Virus record (IMG/VR): IMGVR_UViG_3300045988_135886
DNA length: 64,000 nucleotides
Reading direction: 5' to 3' (one strand)
Origin: a virus
Shown here: positions 8,832-16,584 of the stretch, one piece after another
Layout: every line of letters begins with the position of its first letter
Position numbering within the stretch: the stretch's first letter is position 1
Notes under the pieces: generated by a model
Database searches by the model: none
What the model saw: the letters and a program-made list of their open reading frames with translations, nothing else
What the model was told of the DNA's origin: nothing
Made by a program: the position numbers and the translations under genes

Positions 8832-10590
8832 TATTAAAACTGGAGATATATTGAACTTTGATTATACTGGTGCTGTTCAGAGCGTAACATTGAAACCTGG
8901 AAAATATGTGCTTGAGTGTTGGGGTGCTCAAGGTGGAAATGGATGTACGGGAAATTCATATAAAGGCGGTGCCGGAGGATATTCCAAAGGTACTCTCACA
9001 CTAGCCAAAACAGAAACTTTATACATATATGTTGGTGGACAAGGAGTTAGCGCTGCAGCTTCTGGCAATGGAAATATTCGAGAAGGTGGATTCAACGGTG
9101 GTGGATCTGGACGTGATTGGGGTAGTACTGGTAATGGCGGTGGCGGAGGTGGTGGCGCCTCTGATATTCGAATTATAACTGATAACTTCTATGCTCGTGT
9201 TATAGTCGCCGGCGCTGGTGGTGGAGCTTCTGATAATGGAGCAGGCGGTGCTGGCGGCGGCACTTCTGGGATTTCATCATCCTCTTCCGCTGGAACAGCA
9301 ACTGGAGGCAGCGGTTTTGGTCAAGCGGCGGCATCAAGTTACACTTCAGGTGAATGTGGTGGCGGTGGCGGTGGCTGGTATGGAGGTTATGGCGGATCCT
9401 CAGAAAATTATTCTGGCGGTGGTGGATCAGGTTATGTCTACACTTCTTCTTCTGCTTCTAACTACCCTTCTGGATGCCTACTAAATTCTACTTATTATCT
9501 TTCTAATGCTCAAACCATTGCAGGAAATCAAACTTTTAAATCGCCTACTAATACAAATGAAACCGGTCACTCTGGTAACGGCTATTGTCGAATTACTGTT
9601 ATTGAATGCAGTAATACAGCACTATATGTCAGAATAAACAATTCTATGAAAAAAGCTACTGCTTTCTATTTCAAATTAAATAACAACAAAATGTACGGTG
9701 TTGGTTCTGCTAATTATAATGGTTCTGTTATGAATTTTGATTATACTGGTTCGGTTCAAACTGCTACATTGACTCCTGGTACATATACAATAGAATGCTG
9801 GGGTGGCCAAGGAGGAAGTTATAATAGTTACATAGGCGGATATGGTGGTTACTCCAAAGGCACAATTACTCTTACTAAAGCAACTACTGTTTATATATCT
9901 GTTGGTGGAGCTGGATCTTCCTCTTCTACTGCTGCAGGATTCAATGGTGGAGGAACTGGTATTTCTTCTGGTAGAGGTGGTGGAGGAGCTACAGATGTTC
10001 GTATAGGTCAAAATTCTCTATATTCAAGAGTTATCGTAGCCGGAGGTGGCGGCGGAGCTGGTGTAACAAGTGCCAATGCTAATCCTTGTGGTTGTGGTGG
10101 TGGAGAATATGGTGGAGATGGCTATTATAATAACACTACCGGTTCTTATACTACTGGTCAAAATAGATCTGGCGGTAGTGCCTCACAAACTGCAGGTGGT
10201 ATAACTTGGAGTACAGGCACCCAGGCTACTTTTGGTCAAGGCGGAAATGCTTCCGGCTACTCTTGTGGTGGCGGCGGAGGCGGCTGGTATGGAGGCGGCG
10301 GAGCCTATGACAATGATTCTGACTCTGATGGACGTTGGGGTGGAGGAGGATCAGGATATGTTTATACCTCTTCTACAGCTAAAAATTACCCTAACGGATG
10401 CCTACTAAATTCTACTTATTATCTTTCTAATGCTCAAACCATCGCAGGAAACACTTCTTTTACTTCTCCTACAGGATCAGCAGAAACTGGTCACACAGGC
10501 AGTGGATTCTGCAGAATTACAAATTTGAACCCAACACAATATGGATTATACGTAAAAACGAACTCTGGTTGGAAACACATAGATTTATAA
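8824..10590 (+). CDS. Glycine-rich protein with two tandem ALK/LTK-type glycine-rich domains
   Basis: Two copies of 'FDYTG.VQ..TL.PG.Y..ECWG.QGG ... YVGG.G ... GFNGGG ... GGGA(S/T)D(I/V)RI ... ARVIVAGGGGG ... GGGGGWYGG ... GGGSGYVYT ... YYLSNAQTIAGN..F.SP....ETGH.G.G.CRIT'. The start was chosen at ATG 8824 (7 nt after GGGTGGTG). ATG 8818 is also possible. Confidence 0.7.
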   Translation: MSNIKTGDILNFDYTGAVQSVTLKPGKYVLECWGAQGGNGCTGNSYKGGAGGYSKGTLTLAKTETLYIYVGGQGVSAAASGNGNIREGGFNGGGSGRDWGSTGNGGGGGGGASDIRIITDNFYARVIVAGAGGGASDNGAGGAGGGTSGISSSSSAGTATGGSGFGQAAASSYTSGECGGGGGGWYGGYGGSSENYSGGGGSGYVYTSSSASNYPSGCLLNSTYYLSNAQTIAGNQTFKSPTNTNETGHSGNGYCRITVIECSNTALYVRINNSMKKATAFYFKLNNNKMYGVGSANYNGSVMNFDYTGSVQTATLTPGTYTIECWGGQGGSYNSYIGGYGGYSKGTITLTKATTVYISVGGAGSSSSTAAGFNGGGTGISSGRGGGGATDVRIGQNSLYSRVIVAGGGGGAGVTSANANPCGCGGGEYGGDGYYNNTTGSYTTGQNRSGGSASQTAGGITWSTGTQATFGQGGNASGYSCGGGGGGWYGGGGAYDNDSDSDGRWGGGGSGYVYTSSTAKNYPNGCLLNSTYYLSNAQTIAGNTSFTSPTGSAETGHTGSGFCRITNLNPTQYGLYVKTNSGWKHIDL

Positions 10591-10605
10591 AAGGAGGGCT
10601 TAACT

Positions 10606-10881
10606 ATGCCGATTATATTTCACGGAACAGGTAGTGGCGGCTCTGCTAAAAAACTAAAAACCGCACGAACTATTAATGGTACGAATTTTGATGGTACAGC
10701 TAATATTACTACTGCTAATTGGGGAACAACAAGAACCGTTACTGTAGGAAATACAAGTAAATCTGTAAATGGATCTGGAAACGTAAGTTGGTCGTTAGCT
10801 GAAATAGGTATTCATCTTTCAACAACGGAACCTGCAGCTAGTGACGGAAAGAATGGAGATATTTGGATTACTTATGAATAA
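10606..10881 (+). CDS. Small fibre-associated protein (paralogous role to the 8289 gene)
   Basis: AAGGAGG SD. Contains 'KLKTARTINGTNFDGTANIT' (compare the 6859 gene). The C-terminal 'EPAASDGKNGDIWITYE' matches the C-terminus of the 8289 gene. Confidence 0.45.
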   Translation: MPIIFHGTGSGGSAKKLKTARTINGTNFDGTANITTANWGTTRTVTVGNTSKSVNGSGNVSWSLAEIGIHLSTTEPAASDGKNGDIWITYE

Positions 10882-10905
10882 AAGACTGAAAGGAAGGTGA
10901 GGCTT

Positions 10906-13347
10906 ATGGCTTGTTCTGGTGGATGTGGAACTTCTTGTTCTACTGACTGCACTCATTCATCATCTGGTGGATGTGGTGGTTCTTGTGGTGGTTCTTGCTC
11001 TACTAACTGTACTGGTGGATGTTCTGGATATTGTGATGGAACTTGTAAGGGAGGTTCAGGAAGTACTTGTTCTGACTGTACTGCCAAATGTGCTAATGAC
11101 TGTACCGGAGCTTGTACAAATGCTTGTGTAACCGGATGCACTGGCTGTGGGAACAACTGTGATGGAGACTGTACAAGCGCCTGTGCTCAAAGGTGCTCTA
11201 ATGATTGCAATGCTGCATGTACTGCTACTTGTGCTTATGATTGCGAACATACTTGCACTGCTTCTTGTGCCAACGACTGCACCAGTTGTGGTGGATCTTG
11301 CTCAAGTAATTGCTCAGGAAATTGTGATTCCGGTTGTTATACTGGTTGTTCCGGTTGTGATTCTACCTGTTCTGGATCCTGCACTGGTACTTGTAATACT
11401 ACTTGCACTACCACTTGTGCCAATGACTGCACTGGCGGGTGCAAAGGAACCTGTACAGGTGGATGTGGTGGTTCTTGTGATAATTCATGCGGCTTTTCTT
11501 GTGAAGCTTCATGTGATAACAATTGTACTGCTGTTTGTTCTGTATCTTCTGTGTATGGTGGAAACTCAGAGAAGAGTGTATTGAATTTTGCTTATACAGG
11601 TAAAGCTCAATCTGTAACCCTTGAGCCTGGAAAATATGTTCTTGAATGCTGGGGAGCACAGGGAGGTTATCGTTCTAATTCTAGTTATGGTGGAAAAGGT
11701 GGCTATTCTACAGGGACTTTAACATTGACTCAAAAAACTACTATATACATATATGTCGGTGGATCTGGAAATTCTGTTACATCAGCATCAAATTCAATCT
11801 ATCCCGGAGGTTTCAATGGTGGTGGATATAGATACAATTATAAAGGTGGTGGTGGCGCTACTGATATTCGTATTGGAAGTGCTTCTTTATATGCCCGTGT
11901 TATCGTTGCAGGTGGCGGTGGTTCTGATGGTAGTCCTAATTATAGTGGTGGGTATGCAGGTGGTGTATCTGGTACTAGGGGAAATTTTGGATGTGGTTCA
12001 TATGGATATGGTGGATCTCAAACTGCTTCATATTCATCTTTAAGTGCTATTAATTCACAAGGCACCACAAATTCTTCTTCTAACTGTGCTGCTGGTTTTG
12101 GTTTCGGTGGTTTTGGATGTTATTACGCTTCAGGTTACGGTGGAGCTGGCGGCGGAGGATGGTACGGTGGACAAGGTACTTATCCTGATGGTTCTGGAGA
12201 TGATGATGGCGGTGGCGGAGGTGGATCTGGTTACGTTTATACTTCCTCTTCTGCTTCTAACTATCCTCAAGGCTGTCTCCTAAATTCATCTTACTATCTT
12301 TCTGATGCTTCTAATTTATCTGGCAATGAATCTTTCAAATCTCCTTCTGGTGCTACAGAAACTGGTCATTCTGATAATGGCTATTGTAGGATTACCTGTT
12401 ATATCAAAAAGAAAACTCTACATTGTAAAATGAACAATGAAATTAAAAAAGCAGCTCCAGTATTTATGAAAATGAACAATAAAATTTATGATGCTGGCGC
12501 TAATGCTGTAATGGATTTTGCTTATACAGGAACAGCTCAAGCTATATCACTTCCAAGAGGAAAATATATTATAGAATGCTGGGGCGCTCAAGGCGGTTCA
12601 TATAGTAGTTATTATGGTGGTGCTGGAGGATATTCTGTCGGAACCATAACTCTAACTAAAAATTCTACGGATTTATATATTTATGTTGGTGGACAACCAG
12701 AAGCTACAACTTCAACAGGTGAAACACCTGGTGGATTTAACGGAGGAGGAAAAGGTTGTTCAAGAACTTATAATTATAGTAGTTATGGACAAGGTGGCGG
12801 CGGTGCAACCGATGTTCGTATAGGAAAAAATGATCTTTATGCTAGAGTTATTGTCGCTGGTGGCGGCGGAGGTTCATCATCAGAAAATTCGCTTACAACA
12901 AAATATGGCGGTGGAACTACTGGTGGTTCTTCTGCTTCTGGATATGGAGCTACACAAACTGCTGCAGGTACAAATGGTTCGTTTGGTCAAGGTGGTTCTG
13001 CAACAACTTCTGGAACTAATTATAATTATGGTTCCGGCGGTGGTGGAGGTGGATGGTATGGTGGTGGTGCATGTTCTGATTATAGTGACAGCACTAACTA
13101 CCAAGGCTATAATGGCGGAGGTTCAGGATATGTTTACACTTCAGCTACTGCTGCTAATTATCCAAGTGGTAATTATGTAAATTCTTCTTACTACCTTACC
13201 GATGCGCAAACTATAGCAGGAAATCAATCATTTAAATCACCTAATGGAACAAATGAAACAGGCCATACCGGAAATGGTTTCTGTCGTATCACACGTAAAT
13301 CAGGAAAAATATTTGTAAAACAAAACGGTTCATGGATCAAAGTATAA
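10906..13347 (+). CDS. Virion-module protein: N-terminal CXXX (Cys-every-4th-residue) array fused to two ALK-type glycine-rich domains
   Basis: The ATG at 10906 lies 8 nt after AGGAAGG (the track uses GTG 10897). The first ~210 aa contain 52 Cys, mostly spaced CX3. They are followed by two glycine-rich domain copies with the same motifs as the 8824 gene. Confidence 0.75.
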   Translation: MACSGGCGTSCSTDCTHSSSGGCGGSCGGSCSTNCTGGCSGYCDGTCKGGSGSTCSDCTAKCANDCTGACTNACVTGCTGCGNNCDGDCTSACAQRCSNDCNAACTATCAYDCEHTCTASCANDCTSCGGSCSSNCSGNCDSGCYTGCSGCDSTCSGSCTGTCNTTCTTTCANDCTGGCKGTCTGGCGGSCDNSCGFSCEASCDNNCTAVCSVSSVYGGNSEKSVLNFAYTGKAQSVTLEPGKYVLECWGAQGGYRSNSSYGGKGGYSTGTLTLTQKTTIYIYVGGSGNSVTSASNSIYPGGFNGGGYRYNYKGGGGATDIRIGSASLYARVIVAGGGGSDGSPNYSGGYAGGVSGTRGNFGCGSYGYGGSQTASYSSLSAINSQGTTNSSSNCAAGFGFGGFGCYYASGYGGAGGGGWYGGQGTYPDGSGDDDGGGGGGSGYVYTSSSASNYPQGCLLNSSYYLSDASNLSGNESFKSPSGATETGHSDNGYCRITCYIKKKTLHCKMNNEIKKAAPVFMKMNNKIYDAGANAVMDFAYTGTAQAISLPRGKYIIECWGAQGGSYSSYYGGAGGYSVGTITLTKNSTDLYIYVGGQPEATTSTGETPGGFNGGGKGCSRTYNYSSYGQGGGGATDVRIGKNDLYARVIVAGGGGGSSSENSLTTKYGGGTTGGSSASGYGATQTAAGTNGSFGQGGSATTSGTNYNYGSGGGGGGWYGGGACSDYSDSTNYQGYNGGGSGYVYTSATAANYPSGNYVNSSYYLTDAQTIAGNQSFKSPNGTNETGHTGNGFCRITRKSGKIFVKQNGSWIKV
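10912..11538 (+). repeat. Coding-level CXXX repeat array (TGT/TGC about every 12 nt)
   Basis: 52 Cys codons give 51 spacers: 45 of three residues, 4 of two (SD, TG, TS, SG) and 2 of seven (THSSSGG, KGGSGST). Spacers are almost entirely G/S/T/D/N/A. Confidence 0.9.
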
Positions 13348-13385
13348 CACTTTGGTCCATATTTAAATTACAAGGAGGAATTGTT

Positions 13386-13784
13386 ATGAAACTTATTTTG
13401 AAAGACGGACAAGAATTAGTTATTACTCGTGCTAACGATACATATTCATATGAAGGATATAAAGATGGGTTGGGAAATGATATGAACAAAAATATTGTAG
13501 CTACTATTTCTATCTTCAATTCTGATAAATCTTTAAACACTATTAAGGATATGATTACTGATGACAATAGAACAGGTTTTAAAATTATTTATGGGAATAC
13601 CCAGAAAGATTATACTGGAATGAAAATTGAAAGTATTTCAGAAGAAATCTCCAATGAAAGAAGTGTTATTAATATCTCATTAGCTACAGATAAAACCATA
13701 GCTCCTACTGAGACCACTGGAACAACAACAGAAAAAACTAAAGAAGAAACTAAAGAAAAAACGGAAACAGCTTCTGATAAATAA
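13386..13784 (+). CDS. Hypothetical protein with Thr/Glu/Lys-rich tail
   Basis: The ATG at 13386 is preceded by AAGGAGG (the track start at 13332 is an alternative codon without an SD). No recognisable motif. Confidence 0.45.
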   Translation: MKLILKDGQELVITRANDTYSYEGYKDGLGNDMNKNIVATISIFNSDKSLNTIKDMITDDNRTGFKIIYGNTQKDYTGMKIESISEEISNERSVINISLATDKTIAPTETTGTTTEKTKEETKEKTETASDK

Positions 13785-13809
13785 TTAAGAATGAAAGGAA
13801 TATAAGGAT

Positions 13810-14148
13810 ATGAGAAAAATAATCGTAAAGATTGATAAAGAAAAAGCTACAGAGCTTGAAAGAGTTAATTTTGAATTAAACTTCGTAAAAGACATTGTAC
13901 AGAGAGTTATTGAATCACATCCAAGCGATTTAGAACTCATCAATGGAGATACTCTTATGTCTTACAATAAACGTGGTGCAGAATTACAGAGAAAGTATGC
14001 TGCTCTTGCAAATGAGATGGAAAAGGAATACATCCCAGAATACCTCGAAGGTCATCAGTATAGTTGGATTATTCCAAATAATTCTGATGAAATGACTATT
14101 ACTATTAAATGTAATTGTGAGATTCCAGAATTAGAGGAAATAGCATGA
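13810..14148 (+). CDS. Small acidic protein translationally coupled to the radical SAM gene (candidate maturase accessory protein)
   Basis: GAAAGGA SD. ATGA stop/start overlap with the radical SAM gene at 14145-14148. No catalytic motif. Ends '..TIKCNCEIPELEEIA'. Confidence 0.4.
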   Translation: MRKIIVKIDKEKATELERVNFELNFVKDIVQRVIESHPSDLELINGDTLMSYNKRGAELQRKYAALANEMEKEYIPEYLEGHQYSWIIPNNSDEMTITIKCNCEIPELEEIA

Positions 14149-16544
14149 AAAGGACAGAACAATATTCGGATCAGATAGCTAGACTTTATCCATCTAAGAA
14201 GGTAAAAACCGATGACGGACAAAGAATATTAACACAGAGTATCACTTTTCAAGTAACTGATGATTGTAACCTTGCATGTAGTTATTGCCTTAGTGGAGAT
14301 ACAAAAATCCGTATGGCAGATTATTCGTTAAAATCAATCAAAGATATTCAGTTGGGAGATAAAGTGTTAGGATTTGAGGAATATCCTCAAAAAGGGAAAC
14401 AGACTAAGGTAATTGTTTCAGACGTAGAGAAATTATATTGTCATGAAGCATCAACTATCGAGTTAACATTTAATGACGGACAAATTCTTAATATTACTCC
14501 TAATCATAAAATTTTAGTTCGAAGAAATTCTTATGATAATAGATATGACTATGTTGAAGCTGGTAAACTAAATATAGGCAGTGAAGTGTATTACCTCCCT
14601 ATTATTGATTCAAAATTACATATAGAAGAGCCGATACATGACATAAATTATAAAATAGGATACCTTATTGCAATGATTAAAGGTGACGGTTCATTAAAAC
14701 ATTATAATCGAAAGTCTGATGGTTGTGATGTATTCAAGTTTAGAATAGCTGTAAAAGATACGGAAATAATCGAACGTTGTAAGAAGTATCTTGATGATTT
14801 AGATATTCCGGTTTATTTGAAACCGTATAATGTATCTAAAAAATACGATATATGGAACAATGCTATTTTTGCAAATACAAGATACGTATATAATAAATTA
14901 AATCAATTAATTAGCGATAATTTCTCTCAAAATACTTCTCTTTCATATTATCAAGGATATCTTGCAGGATTTTACGATGCTGAAGGTCATATTTCAAAAG
15001 AACGTGTTATCAGAATTTGCAATACAGATATTAAGATGATTAATGAGGCTACCTTAGGATTGGATTTGTTAAAGATTCCATACATAATCGAAGTTGATGC
15101 AAAAGGAACTGTGAATAAACCATTAAAATACAATATTCGAATAACTGATAACTTAAATTCTATATCTACATATCGTTTTATCAAATCTGTTCATCCAGCA
15201 ATAAAAAGAAAATCTTTTGATAATTTCCTTAATTATTCTCCATTAAAAAAGACTAAAATTATAGATATAAAAAAAAATCCTATTAGTACTACGGTATATA
15301 ACATAGGAACTTCATCTCGTACTTATATCGCAAACACTATTGCTGTACATAATTGTTACCAAGGACATAAAGGAAAAAATCGAATGTCGTTTGAAACAGC
15401 TAAGAAATTCTTTGATTTAGTTGTATCAGGTGAAAAAGGTTTTAAATCTTATATCAATCCAGAGAAATCTCCTGGATTGGTTGTAGATTTCATTGGAGGA
15501 GAACCTTTTCTTGAGATAGAGCTTATAGATCAAATCTGTACTTATATTATGGATAAACTCATAGAGTTGGATCATCCTTGGGCCATGAAAACTATGTTCT
15601 CTATTTGTTCAAATGGTGTTTTATACAGGGACGAAAAAGTACAAGCATTTCTTCGTAAGTGGGCCAATAGATTATCTTTCTCAGTTACTATTGATGGGAA
15701 TAAAGAATTACATGATTCCTGTCGAGTATTCCCAGATGGCAGTCCAAGTTATGACATAGCTGTCGATGCTGCGTCTGATTGGATGAAACGTGGAAATCAT
15801 ATGGGAAGCAAGATCACAATTGCTCCAGGTAATATCAGCTTTCTATACGATGCTATTAAGCATATGGTCGATCTTGGATATGATGAAATCAATGCCAATT
15901 GTGTATATGAAAAGGGTTGGACACCTGTACATGCAACTGTTCTTTACGATCAAATGAAACGCATATCTGATTATTTCTTGGAACAGAATTTTGATTTTGA
16001 ACGTGATTTCTTCTGTTCCCTTTATAATGAAGATTTCTTTCATCCTAAAGATCCTGATGATTTACAAAGCTGGTGCGGAGGCGTTGGTAATTCAATGATT
16101 GCTTGCGATCCTCAAGGTCGCATATTTCCATGTATCAGATATATGGAATCTTCTCTTAATGGAGAGCAAGAACCGTACTCTATTGGTGATGTAGATAATG
16201 GTATAGGATGCACAGAATGTTATAAATGCAGAATTAATTGTATGGCAAAAATAGATAGAAGGACACAGAGTACAGATGAATGTTTCTATTGTCCTATAGC
16301 TGCAGGATGTTCTAATTGTTCTGGTTATGATTATCAAGTGAATGGTACTCCTGACTCAAAAGCTACTTATATATGTGTTATGCATAAAGCTCGTGCTCTT
16401 GGAAACCTGTATTTCTGGAATAAATATTATAGAAAAAATAATATGAATAAACGAATGAAAAACTATGTGCCAGATGAATGGGCGCTTGAGATTATTTCTG
16501 AATCAGAACTTAATATGTTGAAAGAACTTGAAAGAGAGGATTAA
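14145..16544 (+). CDS. Radical SAM / SPASM-domain enzyme (anSME/peptide-maturase-like) interrupted by an intein
   Basis: After removing the intein the cluster motif reads 'CNLACSY|CYQGH' (CX3CX2C). Also present: 'DFIGGEPFL', 'SICSNG' and a C-terminal Cys-rich SPASM-like region ('CGGVGNSMIACDPQGRIFPCIRY', 'CFYCPIAAGCSNCSG'). Confidence 0.8.
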   Translation: MKRTEQYSDQIARLYPSKKVKTDDGQRILTQSITFQVTDDCNLACSYCLSGDTKIRMADYSLKSIKDIQLGDKVLGFEEYPQKGKQTKVIVSDVEKLYCHEASTIELTFNDGQILNITPNHKILVRRNSYDNRYDYVEAGKLNIGSEVYYLPIIDSKLHIEEPIHDINYKIGYLIAMIKGDGSLKHYNRKSDGCDVFKFRIAVKDTEIIERCKKYLDDLDIPVYLKPYNVSKKYDIWNNAIFANTRYVYNKLNQLISDNFSQNTSLSYYQGYLAGFYDAEGHISKERVIRICNTDIKMINEATLGLDLLKIPYIIEVDAKGTVNKPLKYNIRITDNLNSISTYRFIKSVHPAIKRKSFDNFLNYSPLKKTKIIDIKKNPISTTVYNIGTSSRTYIANTIAVHNCYQGHKGKNRMSFETAKKFFDLVVSGEKGFKSYINPEKSPGLVVDFIGGEPFLEIELIDQICTYIMDKLIELDHPWAMKTMFSICSNGVLYRDEKVQAFLRKWANRLSFSVTIDGNKELHDSCRVFPDGSPSYDIAVDAASDWMKRGNHMGSKITIAPGNISFLYDAIKHMVDLGYDEINANCVYEKGWTPVHATVLYDQMKRISDYFLEQNFDFERDFFCSLYNEDFFHPKDPDDLQSWCGGVGNSMIACDPQGRIFPCIRYMESSLNGEQEPYSIGDVDNGIGCTECYKCRINCMAKIDRRTQSTDECFYCPIAAGCSNCSGYDYQVNGTPDSKATYICVMHKARALGNLYFWNKYYRKNNMNKRMKNYVPDEWALEIISESELNMLKELERED
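14286..15353 (+). mobile_element. Intein (356 aa) with LAGLIDADG homing-endonuclease domain
   Basis: Begins 'CLSGDTKIRMADYS' (block A) and ends 'AVHN' followed by a +1 Cys. Two LAGLIDADG motifs are present ('IGYLIAMIKGDGSL', 'YLAGFYDAEGHI'). It is in frame with no stop codons. Confidence 0.85.
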
Positions 16545-16561
16545 AAGCCTCTCTTTTTTAT
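16533..16561 (+). terminator. Candidate intrinsic terminator after the radical SAM gene
   Basis: AGAGAGG-attaaaag-CCTCTCT followed by TTTTTTATT. It overlaps the stop codon. Confidence 0.45.
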
Positions 16562-16584
16562 TGACTAAAAGGAGGCTTGATATT

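Noticed and set aside
10919-13180. Numerous ORFs in the track overlapping the Cys-array/glycine-rich gene in other frames or on the opposite strand (e.g. 10919-11131, 10953-11156, 11147-11584, 11337-11522, 11753-12043, 12830-13180).
   Set aside because: They are by-products of the extreme Cys/Gly/Ser/Thr codon bias, which leaves few stop codons in any frame. None has an SD, and all lie inside a gene with clear repeated domain motifs. The same applies to 9218-9484 and 9676-10011 in the first glycine-rich gene.
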